Source: Octopus sinensis (lineage: Eukaryota). From it: a stretch of 64,000 nt of DNA. Positions 43,932 through 58,038 of the stretch are shown here, in pieces (positions within the stretch are counted from its first letter, which is position 1; every line of letters starts with the position of its first letter). The stretch is taken from the NCBI RefSeq assembly GCF_006345805.1, contig NC_043007.1, positions 35,030,001 through 35,094,000 on the forward strand. The letters run 5' to 3'. The position numbers and the translations under genes are program-made. The notes beneath the pieces were generated by a model, which was not told where the DNA came from, did no database searches, and saw only the letters and a program-made list of their open reading frames with translations.

Positions 43932-44691
43932 TTAACCCCTTGACGTCGGCGGCGAGCAGGCAGAAACGTTAGTACGCCGGGCGAAATGCTTAGCAGTATT
44001 TCGTCTGTCGCTACGTTCTGAGTTCAAATTCCGCCGAGGTCGACTTTGCCTTTCATCCTTTCGGGGTCGAAAAATTAAGGACCAGTTACACACTGGGGTC
44101 GATATAATCGACTTAATCCGTTTGTCTGTCCTTGTTTTTCCTCTCTGTGTTTAGCCCCTTGTGGGTAGTAAAGAAATAGGTATTACCCACAGCATGCGAA
44201 ACACTGCTCCGGTTTTTATATCTAATGAGGCCACACAAACACACAAGTACCAACGAGCTCGCGTCTATTTACGTTCACCGTTACAATAAACTAGCGTCGT
44301 ACATTTACGTCTAACGTTTTATGAAAACGAACTACGTGAAGTTATTTATCATAATATGATATGCATGAGTTATTCTGCTCAAGTTCAGAAGATAGCTTGC
44401 GTGTGGTACAACTAAAAACACGGGATTATGCATGTAAAGTATCCGCATGTCATTGGTCTACTGCTAGTCTCATGACTTCAACGTATCCTAAAATAGCTAA
44501 GATGATGCACAGGACGGCGAGGGCGCGCACCTCAAGAGATAAAGTAGACGATAGCGAACGTAAACATACGTCAGCCGCTAAAAAGTCCGTGATAGATGTA
44601 GGGCAGCTCTACATCGTATATTTACGTTAACCGCGGGTAGGCATGCAAAAGTGTGATCGCATATTTGCGTCAACCGTTGTCAAGGGGTCAA
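43932..44691. mobile_element. Possible piggyBac-like MITE interrupted by SINE D
   Basis: TTAA-CCCCTTGAC ... GTCAAGGGG-TCAA: 9-bp TIR with an imperfect TTAA TSD. Confidence 0.35.
43947..44182 (+). mobile_element. SINE family D, near full length
   Basis: GGCGGCGAGCAGGCAGAAACG...GAGTTCAAATTCC...GTAGTAAAGAAATAGG. Confidence 0.88.
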
Positions 44692-44779
44692 CAGTGACTT
44701 AACTACCTTGAGTAAAAACTAACCCTCTTTAGAATTCCAGGCCCAGCAACATAGCGGAAATTATTTCATATTTTCTCAT

Positions 44780-45400
44780 AATTTCACTATATTTCCCTAA
44801 GCAACGGTTAAAACATTTAACCAAACCTTTTACTACTGTAACCTTGTTTTTCCACGTGCACTTGTAACGTTTTAACCCTATCCCAAATCACTCCGACTTT
44901 ATTTATTATGCTACTATATCTCATAACCTGATTGGAAAACATGACCTATCCAAATTCTATTATCCACTCAAGACAATGATGCAATACATGTGTCACCATT
45001 TCTAATCGCTTCGAGATCCACAGGAGATATGTTTCCTAGCAAAATTTCAAAACAGTTGTATTTAGAGATAAAAAAATATCATCGATATATCTGCGACATT
45101 CACTGAGTTGTTTGACCAATTCCATCTTTCCCTTTCGGCAAAGATCATTAAAGATTTGAACTCGCTGACGCAAATCCAAATTCGCTAATAAAGGGCTACA
45201 ACTACCATCTATCGGAATCCCCTTATTTTGTCTAAACACCTTCCCAGCAGATGTAATATATACGTTATTAGTTTATTTTTACTAAAACATGCATAACCAT
45301 TATAATTACACTAAGGCAAAAAAGCATTCACCATTTTTAATAGAAATATACTTGTAGCGTTCGTTTTTTCCACATATTTTAATCTTCTTTTATCAACAAC
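44780..45400 (-). mobile_element. Penelope-like RT fragment
   Basis: FRQNKGIPIDGSCSPLLANL...RRYIDDI motifs with frameshifts. Confidence 0.7.
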
Positions 45401-45911
45401 TAGCAGTATCGCCCGGCGTTGCTCGGGTTTGTAAGGGAAATAACTATATAAGCATTTTTAGAGAGTTACTTCCCTTATAGATGCCAATTCGGGCTTTCTT
45501 AGCCATTTCTGTTTTGGTGTCTTCAAGTCATGAAGTCGTTGTTCTAAAAGAACGCTGGTCTCCTTGATAACGCTTTACGACGTTGATTTCCTTACACTCC
45601 CTTCCCCACAGCTTCACGAGGGAGGGAAGAAGGGGGAGAAGCAAACAGGTGCAGGTGTGACCATGGATGCCAACTCCGCCGCCATCGACACACGAAAAAT
45701 TATGCATTAAAATGGAATATAAAATGATGTTAAATTATTTTTAAAATCGTAGACTCATCGTAGACGCGCGCTAATACTCAGACGGGCTCGATATGAATTA
45801 CGACTATAAGATACCCAAATTTGGTTAAACTGCACCGCAAAATGTGGGAGTAGTTAGGAATCTAAATCGAAGGGGACAGACAGCACACAACCTCACTTTT
45901 ATATATATAGA
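45400..45911 (-). mobile_element. Non-autonomous Helitron
   Basis: Minus strand: A|TC start at 45911, hairpin CCCGAGCAACGCCGGG, CTAG|T end at 45400; 3' end identical to 28672-29056. Confidence 0.75.
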
Positions 45912-46089
45912 TTTTAACAAATATGCTAATGATATATTCTCTTTTATTGTTCATGACTGCTTGCCAATGTTCTATTAGCTTGTCAATGTCTTGTATGGAA
46001 GAATTTATGGAACTACATTTTCGGCTCCATTTCATTCTTCAATGAAACACCGCACACATTGTTGGAGAGTGAGTGAATAAGGGCGATAA

Positions 46090-47340
46090 TCTGGTAAAAA
46101 AAAAAACACAAAGAGAAAAAAAAATGAAGGAAACAGAAGCAACCGGAAAATGAAGAAAATAAAACAAATACAGAATGAAAAACAGAAAAGAAATAGAGAA
46201 TGAAGAAAGAAGAAAAATAAATAGCGAATGAAGAAAAACGAAAAATAAATAGAAAATGAAAAACATAAAAGATACAGCGAATTAAATAGAAAACAGCAAC
46301 GAGTACATAGAATTAGAAATATGAAAAGAAAATGGAGAATGGAAGAAAACAGAAAGAACAGAATAAAGAAAACAGAAAAGAAAATAGAAAATGCAAACCG
46401 GAAAATAAAATAAAGAACGAAAAATATAAAATAAATTAGGGAATGTAAGAAAAAGGAAAAGAAAACAGCGAATGAAAAGTAGAAAAGAAAACAGAGAGTT
46501 AAGAAAACAGAAAAGCAAATACAGAATAACGTGATCAAAGAAAATAAAAAATAAGAAGCAAACAGCAAATAGAAAATAGATAATAAAACAGAAAAAGAAT
46601 AAAACGAAGGAAACACAGAAATAAGATTCAGAATGAAGGAAACACAAAAAGAAAATACAGAATAATGTGATCAAAGAAAATAGAAAATAAGAAGTAAACA
46701 GTAAAAAGAAAATAGATCATAAAACAGAAAAGGAATTAAAAGGAAACAGAGAAATAAGATAGAGAATGAAGGAAACACAAAAAGAAAAATGTGAATGAAA
46801 AACAAATGAAAACAGAGAATGACTCAAACAGTAAAAGACAATACAGAAAAAAGCAGAATAGAAACGGAAGTAGAAAATACTGAATGAAAAATAGAAAACA
46901 GCAAATAGAGAATAAAGAGATAAAATAGAGAAGGAAGGAAAGAGAATAAGAAAATGGAGAATGAAGATAACAGAAAAAGAGTTCAGATCAAGGATATTGA
47001 GAAAAGGGAAGGATAAAGTGAAAACGAAGAAAACGGAAATTGAAAATATAGGCTGAAAAAAAAAACAGTAAAAGTTAGAATAGAAAATGGATTTTAAAAA
47101 AAATGAAGAAATAAAGAAAATAGATGAATGAATAAAGAAGACGAAGAAAACAGATAAAGAAAATAGAAAGCGAAAAGAGAATAAAAAAGGGGAAAAGAAG
47201 GAGAGAATAGAAAAAAGTTACCAAAGACATCAGAAATAGAAGCAAATAAAAAAAAAGGAGAAAGAAAATGATATTAAAAGGGCTGGAAGGAAGACAAGGA
47301 ATAAGGACAGATAAGACGAAAAAGTAAAAAGGAAAAGTCA
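46090..47340. repeat. A/G-rich low-complexity tract with internal duplication
   Basis: AGAAAA/AATAGA units; about 46505-46640 is repeated at about 46640-46780. Confidence 0.85.
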
Positions 47341-47712
47341 ATATAAATTATTGTAACAACAACCGACAGCAACAACGGAGATGACTGTTCAGCAACAACA
47401 AATCCATCAACCACAACAAACAATACTCGCAACAAGAAACTAAGAACACCAACAAGGATAACACGAACAAGATCAAGATTGTTTAAAAATATAATATAAC
47501 AAACTTATCTGAAAGTATATATTCTCTTGTGTAACTAGATCCATCTGTAATATGAAGTCTGTCAAAATATATCTTAGTGCTGATATCAATGATGTTTATG
47601 TGTGTGTGTGTGAGTGTCTTTATTTTTATAGAAATATCAGATACGAGCAGTAACTCGTAAAATACAAGTTTAAAGTGGACATAATGGTTGTTCAAATGTA
47701 TGCCGACACCAA

Positions 47713-47754
<42 letters not shown>

Positions 47755-47762
<8 letters not shown>

Positions 47763-48058
47763 ATCACGTGACCGACCAGTCCATCAGATGTAGTTACACA
47801 TCGCTGGTCACAATGCGTCCGCATTGTTTTAGCCTTCGAATGACGCCACCCCGCTGGCTAAGCAAGCAGGCCGACAGAAGAAAGAGTGGGAGAAATAGTG
47901 GTGAAAGAGTACAGCAGGGATCACCACCCCCTGCCGGAGCCTCGTGGAGCTTTTAGATGTTTTCGCTCAATAAACACTCACAACGCCCGGTCTGGGAATC
48001 GAAACCGCGATCCTACGACCGCGAGTCCGCTGCCCTAACCACTGGGCCATTGCGTCTC
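47755..48058 (-). mobile_element. SINE family A head with tail Z
   Basis: Same tRNA head as 444-825 but a different 3' tail ending in ATCACGTG repeats. Confidence 0.88.
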
Positions 48059-48068
48059 CACACACACA

Positions 48069-48203
<135 letters not shown>

Positions 48204-48267
48204 TGTATGTACGTATGAGACTCACATTACGGATTTTATCTTATTACATTAAATTTAGTTCGGATTT

Positions 48268-48720
48268 ATCTCACACCTGAGACTATTCTTTATCTTTGTA
48301 AGTCCACCATTAGCCCCTGCATTGAGTTCTGTTGTCACATATGGGCAGGTGTTCCTGCCGATTGTTTAACTCTGTTGGACCGCATTCAACGCCGTATTTC
48401 TTAGGCTATTGGTCCTGATCTATCTTTTAAATTGGATTCACTCTCTCATCGTCGTCGTGTGACTTCCTTGTCTCTTTCTATAAGTATTTTCATGGACATT
48501 GTTCACTTGAGCTCTCTTCTCTGGTTCCTCCTTTAAGAAATTATCAGCGATCTTGCATCCAGTTCTCATCAGTGCAACCTCCTAACTGCCATAAAGCACT
48601 TTACAGTACAAATTTCTTCCCTCGCACCTCTGAACTTTGGAATTCCCTTCCAGTCTTGTTTTCCTCTTCAATAAAACCTCTGGTCTTTTAAGTCTAATGT
48701 ACATCGTCACTTATTGATTT
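48268..48720 (+). mobile_element. CR1-group LINE 3' coding fragment
   Basis: LTPETILYLCKSTISPCIEFCCHIW...LLDRIQRR...HRRRV...FYKYFHG...FFPRTSELWNSLP...FKSNV; one stop and a frameshift. Confidence 0.8.
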
Positions 48721-49209
48721 CTGTCGAGCGTCCATTTTATTCTAGTAGCTCTTACGTTTTCAGTGATCTAAGGACCTTGTAACGAGCAAATGCTTACAAA
48801 AAAAGACAGGTAGGTCATAGATACAGCTCCTCTTCCTCCGTTCACACCGACCACGCCACCCGACTCAACCATTACAAAATACCACCGTTTATTCAGTTAT
48901 GTATTCGCTTACGTGTTCCATACATTGGACTGTGGCCATTCTGGTGCATCGCCTTTAAGGGTTTAGTCGTGCAAAGGTCCCCAGTATTATGTTTTTTTCA
49001 CTCTTTGTACGTAATCTATTGGTCTTTTTTGCTAAGCTACAAGGTTATGGGAACATAAACAAACCAACACCGGTTGTCAAGTTGTGAGAGACACACAAGC
49101 ACAAGCATTTATACACATATATGTATAAACAAAATTTAGTGGAGTATTAAAATACCGCTTGTTATAAAGAGAGTTATCGCTCTAAAACCACAAATAACTC
49201 ACTATTAAA

Positions 49210-51646
49210 ATATACTCACTATTAAAATATACTCACTATTAAAATAACTCATATAAAAATATCTTTTCGTTTTCGTTAGTACTCTGTCAGATTCTAAAAC
49301 TTCTAGATACTTATAATTCCCTCCTCCTGTCAATGATTTTAATGTATGGCCATCTGGTAATTGGATATCTTCGTTGTTGACTACCTGTTTCATTCTCATG
49401 GCTAATATTGCACACTGATCTATGTCAAATTTCACGCCTATATCTTTGCTGAAGAGTCTTGCAGTCTGTATTAAGGAATCTATCTCTTTTTCATTCTTCC
49501 TAAAAAGCTTCAGATCATCCATGTAGAGCAAATGGTTGGTTATTTTTTTCCATTACTATTTCTGAACCGAAACCCTGTCTTTGCCTTCCTTAATACTAAA
49601 CTGAAGGGAATCAAACATAAGACAAAATATTGAAGGGGACAACGAGTCCCTCTGGAGAATTCCTCTTTTGGGATTAACTTTCCCTAAGACTGTATCACCC
49701 GAGTAGAGATCTTCGTTTCATTTCTTCATGCTACAGCTAATAAATTCTCTTATATTGACTTCTATACTGAATATATCAATCTCTTGATAAAATATTTTTT
49801 GGTCAGTTCTAAACAATTTGTTTTGTCGGTATTGCTTAATCCGTGGTTCAAACCTAGTTAGCTTTGCATTTTTTTTTTGGCAAGTATGCGCTGCTTCAGT
49901 TCTTCAATTATAACATTCAAGACTTTTGTATCTACACCATAATTCTTGCAAAGTTTTTCGAATTTGCACTCATTCTTAAGTTATCCATTTCTTTTCCTAA
50001 CAGGCATTGACATTACACTGTTTATATCAAGAAATTTATATCTTCTGAAATTCTCTTTTCCACAAAGGTTGTTTATTTCCTCTGCTATCCGTCGCTGTTC
50101 TGCTCTCAGAAGTTCTCAATCCCATCCTTTCTGCCATAATCCTACTAGCAGCTTTGATAAGATTATTTATTTATGTGATGTTCTTTGGTTCAATGTGCCT
50201 CAATACATTATTGACTTTACTCGTCTCTTGATTTAGTATTCATTGGTTAACCTTCTTAAAGTCGCACATAAATTCTGTCCCTTCTGTATTTAATTGATCC
50301 AAAATCCTGTCTCTTATCAATCGGCTTTTATTGTTTAAGCAGTCACTGACCTCAATTCTTTCACAATTCACGATAGTATATTCTTGCGAACAATTGTGTA
50401 TCTCTTCCGCTATACTACTTTCGTTTCTCGTATGCCCAGCATCACCCAATATCCTTCTTTTAATAGCTTCTAGCTCCAGTTCTGTTAATCATCCATTTTT
50501 CCGTATTGCTCTTGCCTGGTCACATATTCTCTGCTTAGTAATTTCAAACAGATCCATTGGCTACCATTTACTGTGCATTCGTTTTATGTACCCTCTGACA
50601 GGCACGCCATTCGCATTCACATGGGTGCTCCAGTAGTAACACTCCATAACCATCATGTTTACTTGTTTATTCCACTTATGCCTTGTAGCATTGCTAGCAG
50701 TGGCTGGATTAACACTGAGCCCACCCTGCTGCACAATGGGACACCTGCCGGGTGCGGCACCTTCACCATTGCTTCCGGTCCCGTTCACACCGTTATCGTT
50801 ATCTATTTTGCTTGGTATTTTCACTCACAAATGAGGTGTGTTTTTAGGTTTTTTTGTTTGTTCCTTCTCGAGCCATGCCTGGCTCATAAGGGCCGGTTTT
50901 CCGGTTTCTTGGCATATAGGTTCCCCACCTGGACGGGACGCCGGTCCATCGCAGGTGAGCTGCAAGATGTAGGAGGAAAGAGTGAGAGAAACTTGTGGCG
51001 AAAGAGTCAGCAGAAGTTTCGCCATTACCTTCTGCCGGAGCCGCGTGGAGCTTAGGTGTTTCGCTCAAAAACAGACACATCGTCCAGTCTGAGATTCGAA
51101 CCCGCGATCCCTCGATCGCGAGTCCGCTACTCTAACCACTAGGCCATGTGCCTCCACGTTTTTAGGTTACTACCAACCGGTATTTTATCACGACTACCCA
51201 TCTGATAAGGGTACACCAGGCACATGCATCACGACCATACGTGCCTGACATGGTAATTTCATATCAACATAAACATCGCATGACCTTGGAGGTGGGGCTC
51301 AGTTACAATTTTCCTCAATTTGAGTAGCTCATCCTGCTCAAAAGGTCCCTGGACAAGGTTCTTTTAAGGATGATGAACGAAACACCCATGTTTCCAGAAG
51401 TTAATTTTCCCACTCCAGATAATCCCTCTTAACAGATGGCTATGATGCTCCCCCACTACTCCTGCTCGTCATCAGAGATGGACATATTGTCAGCAACTAA
51501 GGGACATGATCAACTGATTAAAGTCAAACATCTGACAAGCAATTCTGTGGTATTGAGCAGAATATTTGCTGTAGCCCATTTTTTATGCCCAAACAAAACA
51601 ATGTACATGATAATACTTCCAAACAGTTAAGAACAAAAGCCTGGTA
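49210..51646 (-). mobile_element. Dong/R4-like non-LTR retrotransposon (5' UTR, N-terminus, partial RT), internally deleted
   Basis: N-terminus GRCPIVQQGG...VMECYY...RGYIKRMH...QRICDQARAIRKNG; QYRQNKLF; QGDSLSP; HLLYMDDLKLF...KYL. 5' end abuts an (ATT)n-like tract. Confidence 0.85.
50851..51157 (-). mobile_element. SINE family A head with tail Y, 11-bp TSD
   Basis: TSD GTTTTTAGGTT at 50840-50850 and 51158-51168; a tail Y fragment also at about 42640-42685. Confidence 0.85.
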
Positions 51647-51684
51647 TATTATTGCTATTATTATTATTGTTGTTTTTATTAAAG

Positions 51685-51880
51685 GCAGCGAGCTGGCAAA
51701 ATCGTTTGCGCGCTGGACGAAATGCTTAGCGGTATTTCGCCCGTCGCTACGTTCTGAGTTCAAATTCCGCCGAGGTCGACTTTACCTTTCATCCTTTCGG
51801 GGTCGATAAATTAAGTACCAGTTGCGTACTGGGATCGATCAGATCGACTCACTCTTTTCTGGCCTTATGCCTATAGTAGA
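51685..51880 (+). mobile_element. SINE family D
   Basis: GGCAGCGAGCTGGC head and GTCGACTTTACCTTTCATCCTTTCGGGGTCGATAAA core; more diverged copies at about 52000 and 53290-53485. Confidence 0.8.
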
Positions 51881-51884
51881 AAGG

Positions 51885-51919
<35 letters not shown>

Positions 51920-52080
51920 TACTACTATTACTACTACTTCTACTATTATAATCATTATTATTATTATCGTTGTTGTTGTTCTTATTATTATTAAGACGGT
52001 GAACTGGCGAATTGTTAGTATACCGGACAAAACGCTTAGCGGCATTTCGTCAGTTTTTACGTTCTAGGTTCAAATTCTGC

Positions 52081-52471
52081 AGGGTATTGTAATCACTCGT
52101 CTTTGTCTGTCTGTTTGTCTGTGTGTTTGCAAAATTACTGGAAAACGGCTGAACGGATTTTCACCAAATTTGGCAGAAATACTCACAGGGTGAATGGCTC
52201 AGAATGATGAAAATTTGGTTTGAATATCGTTAAAAATAAAGCAGAAAATCAAACTTATAAAATTTCCGATAATTAAGTAGTCATACTATTTTGTTCACTT
52301 ACTTTTTCATATGAATTGTCTGCGTGTGTATAGTAGTTCATGATGTACTTCTTTTTCACATGAATGTACTTCATTTTCACATGAATCGACCCTCGTCTGC
52401 GTGTGAATAGATCATGGTGTGCATATGCGCGTAAACACATGTGCCTACATACATACCCACAGACATATGCG

Positions 52472-52504
<33 letters not shown>

Positions 52505-52950
52505 TGTACAGTGATGGATTCAAGGGATTCGTTTATTTAAGACTTGATTTCTTAATTTCACCTGAGTACGAGTACCTATAATGGTGATACTGAAAAAAAA
52601 TGTACAAAAAAATCGAACTTGCAAATTTCCCGATAAGCAATTGGTCATAACATTTTGTTCACTTCTTTTTCACATGAATCGACCCTCGTCTGCGTGTGAA
52701 TAGATCATGGTGTGCATATGCGCGTAAACACGTGTGCCTACATACATACCCACAGACATATGCGACTCTGTGTGTGTGTGTGTGTGTATGTGTACACTAA
52801 TGGATTCGAGGGTTTCGTTTATTTACAAACTGATTTTTTAATTTCACCGGAGTATAAATACCTATGATGGTGATTCTTAAAAAAAATTTTATTCAGTTCA
52901 ATTAAAAAGCATAGGTAAGCAACGCATTGTAAGCCACACTATAATTAGCG
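52081..52950 (+). mobile_element. HINE-like element with a tandemly duplicated internal unit of about 295 bp
   Basis: GGGTATTGTAATCAC...GTCTGT microsatellite...ACGGATTTTCACCAAATTTGG; about 52372-52620 recurs at about 52667-52880. Confidence 0.4.
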
Positions 52951-53570
52951 TTAAAATTTATCTTCGCGCAGTGTATGCATCGCCCCTCTGAAGCCTTTTT
53001 TTTCCTTATTGCAGTTGTTGCTGCTGTTGCTGCTACTACCACTGCTGCTGCTGTCGCTGCGACTGCTGTTGCTGCGACTGCCGCCGCTGCTATTGCCGCC
53101 GCTGCTACTGCTATTAGAGTGATGAATTAGCAGAATCGTTATATTCTGATTCCAAATCCCGACGGCGTCAACCTTGATTTTTGTCATTTTGAAGCTGATA
53201 AAATAAAATACAGCCAAGTACTTAGGTCGATGGTATCAACTAAATACCGCCTCTCCTCAGAAGTATTGGCCTCGTGCCTTTATGAGAAACCAATGACGGA
53301 GTCGAACAAAATGCTTCGTGGCATTTCTTCCCGCTCTTTACATTTCGAATTCAAATCAGGCCGAGATCAATTTTAGCGTTCATCCTTCTGGGGTCGATAA
53401 AATAAAGTACCAGTTAAGTACGGGAGTCAATGCAATCAACTTTTCCCCCTACCCTCAAGATTGCTGGCCTTGTACCAATATTCGAAGCAATCATTAAGGG
53501 AATTAATTATTTATACTTTTAATCCGCACATTCTAATAGCTCCTCTTTAACAATCACTATTATATATATA

Positions 53571-53642
<72 letters not shown>

Positions 53643-54349
53643 CTTCTACAGAAATTATTTAAAACTGATTTTTTACTCATTACAGAAAACTCAGATCATC
53701 CAGTAATTACACTCAATATTATCTTCATATATCTGGGTTTCGCTCATGAATTCTAAATGCAATTATAGTTTCCTTGTGTTTCGTTTTTCATTTGATGTAT
53801 CTTACCAATTTACTTAGCTTCCAACTGAAAATATTATAGATGTAACTTATTTATGGAACAGCTAGTGTATTAATACCTATCGAATTACTGTTTGCATTTA
53901 TCTCAATTTTAAGTATTAATCTATTTCATCTATAATATTCCTGCCTGATATTTTCTGTCTAGCTCATTAATCCTTAAGTATTTCCAAGACTGTGTTTGGT
54001 CTAATTCTCTTATCTCAGTTTCTTTATCTTTCACGGTATTATTGGTTTTATCGATTTTTTTTCTCCCTTGGAATAATCATATTGTGAAACTAATCCGTTT
54101 CATCTTCGCAATGTTCTCTTTTGTTTAGTTCCGTGAAAATTCCTAGCAATTTACTTATAGTATATCTCATGAGTTGGCTTACCAACGGCTAATGCTTCCG
54201 AATGCACAAGTGGAAAATGCTGTCAAAAGCTCTGAGCAATCGATTCATGCCAAACAAAGCTTTATTTTTTTTTATTCCTCTCCTCAGAGAGCCTTTTAGG
54301 TAAGGTGTTGTTAATCAGTAACTGATCTTTAACATCCACATATACCTGT

Positions 54350-54945
54350 GTGAGGTTGCGGAAGAAGCAGCAGCAGCAGCAGCAGAAGAAGAGAAGTAGA
54401 AGAAGAAGAAGAAGGAGGAGGAGAGGAGGCGAGGAGAGGAAGAGAAAGAGAAGGAAGAAGAAGAAAAGAAGACAGAAGAAGAAAAGGAAAGGAGAAGGAG
54501 AAGAAGAAGTAGGAGGAGAAGAAGGAGAGGAGGAGGGAGAAGAGAAAGAAGGAGGAGGAGGAGAAGGGGAGGAGGAGGAGGAGGAGGAGAAGGAGAAGAA
54601 GGAGGAGGAGGAGACGGAGAGGAGGAAGGAGGAGGAGGAGGGAGGAGGAGGAGGGAAGGAATAGAAAGGAGGATGAGGAGAAGAAGAAGAAGAAAAAGGA
54701 GAAGAAGAAGAAGAAGAAGAAGGAAAAGAAGAAGAAGAAGAAGAAGGAGGATAGAAGAAGAAGAAGAAGAAGAAGAAGGAGAAGAAGAAGAAGAAGAAGA
54801 AGAAGAAGAAGAAGAAGAAGAACGACGAACGAGAAGGAGGAGAAAGAGAAAGAGGAGAAAGAGGAAGACGAGTCAAATAAAAACAAGGAGGAGAATGAGG
54901 AAGGAAGGAGACGAAAAAGGAGACGAAAGATGGAGGAGAAAAAGA
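54350..54945. repeat. Polypurine (GAA/GGA)n tract
   Basis: Almost purely purine on the plus strand for about 550 bp. Confidence 0.95.
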
Positions 54946-55283
54946 ACAGGAAGATCTCCGCTCTCATTCCTACCCCCATTTGATTGGGTAGATTTTAGAT
55001 AATCTAGCAAGAAGTCTGGAATTTTTATCATTTCAAGTCATTTACATTCTACCCTTCATGGGTCCTTTTCCAACCCCCACCCACTGTTGCATTTGTTGCT
55101 GCTCGTATCCTTCCGTCCGTATTCATTCTCCGTTCTAAACGTACCAACTTTTCTTTTTTCTCGAGCCTAGATGCAAGCCTGAAGGTGGTCACTCGCATTA
55201 CTATAAGTAGTAGTAGGAGTAGTAGTAGTAGTAGTAGTAGTAGTAGCAGCAGCAGTAGCAGCAGTAGCAGCAGCAGCAGGAGC

Positions 55284-55321
<38 letters not shown>

Positions 55322-55360
55322 AAGTAGTAGTAGTAGTAGTAGTAATGGCAGCAGCAGCAG

Positions 55361-55540
55361 CCGTTCAACAATTTGGACCTGGAGATCTCCATTTCCAGCG
55401 ACTTCGAGGGCCACCTCCCAGTGGTGTCGGGCGTCAACGAAGAGCCCTCGACTACAACAAGACGACCAAAGTTTTTTCCAAGGTCTGGGGTCTCCCGCCC
55501 CTAAGCCCTAGACCATCACCTAATCACCCTTACCCGTCTT
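55361..55540 (+). other. Exon-like GC3-biased island, possibly frameshifted
   Basis: 25/29 codons end in G/C in one register (PFNNLDLEISISSDFEGHLPVVSGVNEEP), then 14/18 in a shifted register; no recognisable family. Confidence 0.3.
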
Positions 55541-55595
55541 GTTGCTTAACAACTACAATATCAGCAGCAACAGCAGCAGCAGTAGCAGTGGCAGT

Positions 55596-55639
<44 letters not shown>

Positions 55640-55913
55640 TTGCTTAGTCTCCCTCAAATCATATCTTAGTTGTTTTAGAAAAGACGACGTACGTTTAGGA
55701 AAATGTACGCCATGTGGTGCTCTGTGTTTGTGTAAACGAATGTGGCAGGAGTCATGGATGGAACGGAACGCTTTTGACAATTGGTCTGCCCCATGAGGGC
55801 AAATGCAGGCCAAAATAACAACGAAAACAGCAAAAGCAGCGACGATAAAAGCCGTAGAACAGTTACAGCATCATCATCATCATCATCATCATCACCATCG
55901 CCATCACCATCAC

Positions 55914-55970
<57 letters not shown>

Positions 55971-56590
55971 CATCATCATCTCATCATCATCAACATCATC
56001 ATCATCATCATCATCATCATCAACAACAACAACAACAACAGAATCAACAATAATAATAATAACATCAACGAAACAAAAATCACAGCAATAACCGCAACAA
56101 CATTGGATTTGTGTTTTATTTGCTGTTTTCATTTAATTCTTTATTATACTTGATATCATTTTTATTTTTGTTTGAAGTCAAAGTCTTTTGATTTCTTCAA
56201 AGAAAAAACATTCCTTTTCATAAAGCCGTATTTGAGATTTAACAAGAATCTCCTCATAACGTTTTCTCTTTCATTCGGCTACATTTTCTGTTTTGTTTCT
56301 TAGTTTTGCACTTCAGCACTTCTTTATTTTCTATTGTTGACATTAGAAAGGTTTACGAAAATGTTTCTTTTTATTTCGTTTCCTTGTGTTTATTTTCTCA
56401 CATTATTTGCTTGCATCTAAATATTTCCTTTGTAGGCGTTTCAACCAGAGTCACTTTCTTTTGTTCCAATTTTTGTGATTTCTACAATGATTTCTTACAT
56501 AATAACAATAATTACTATTGTTGGATAATTATTATTATTATTATTATTATTATTGTTATTATTATCATCATTATTATCATCATTATTATT

Positions 56591-56738
56591 GAGTGAGAGA
56601 GCAGTGCATGCCATCAAAGTGACACTGGGGTAAAAATATACGAAGCCCAGTATACCCATCATGACTACCCGTCTGATAAAGGATACACCAGGCACATGCA
56701 TCACAACCATATGTGCGCGACATGGTGATCTCATATCA

Positions 56739-56803
<65 letters not shown>

Positions 56804-56964
56804 CATCATTATTATTGAGTGAGAGAGCAGTGCATGCCATCAAAGTGACACTGGGGTAAAAATATACGAAGCCCAGTATACCCATCATGACTACACGTCT
56901 GATAAAGGATACACCAGGCACATGCATCACAACCATATGTGCGCGACATGGTGATCTCATATCA

Positions 56965-57026
<62 letters not shown>

Positions 57027-57187
57027 CATCATTATTATTGAGTGAGAGAGCAGTGCATGCCATCAAAGTGACACTGGGGTAAAAATATACGAAGCCCAGT
57101 ATACCCATCATGACTACACGTCTGATAAAGGATACACCAGGCACATGCATCACAACCATATGTGCGCGACATGGTGATCTCATATCA

Positions 57188-57235
<48 letters not shown>

Positions 57236-57406
57236 TATTATTATATCATCATTATTATTGAGTGAGAGAGCAGTGCATGCCATCAAAGTGACACTGGGGT
57301 AAAAATATACGAAGCCCAGTATACCCATCATGACTACCCGTCTGATAAAGGATACACCAGGCACATGCATCACACCATATGTGCGCGACATGGTGATCTC
57401 ATATCA

Positions 57407-57469
<63 letters not shown>

Positions 57470-57616
57470 GAGTGAGGGAGCAGTGCATGCCATCAAAGTG
57501 ACACTGGGGTAAAAATATACGAAGCCCAGTATACCCATCATGACTACCGTCTGATAAAGGATACACCAGGCACATGCATCACAAACATATGTGTGCGACA
57601 TGGTGATCTCATATCA

Positions 57617-57670
<54 letters not shown>

Positions 57671-58005
57671 GAGTGAGGGAGCAGTGCATGCCATCAAAGT
57701 GACACTGGGGTAAAAATATACGAAGCCCAGTATACCCATCATGACTACCCGTCTGATAAGGGTACACCAGGCACATGCATCACAAACATATGTGCGCGAC
57801 ATGGTGATCTTATATCAAGATAAACAGCACATGACCTTGCAGGTAGGGCCTAGTTAGAATTTTCGTCAGCTCGAGTAACCCATCCCGCTCAAAAGGTCCC
57901 TGAATAAGGGTTGTTTAAGGATGTTGAACAAAACACCCATGTTTCCAGAGGCGAATAATTCAAACCCCAAAGAATCCCTCTCAACACATGGCTATGATGC
58001 TCCCC

Positions 58006-58038
<33 letters not shown>

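Noticed and set aside
46032-46674. Hydrophobic Phe-rich ORFs resembling membrane proteins
   Set aside because: Antisense of an A-rich low-complexity tract.
54262-55002. Poly-Glu/Arg/Leu ORFs
   Set aside because: Translation of the (GAA/GGA)n tract.
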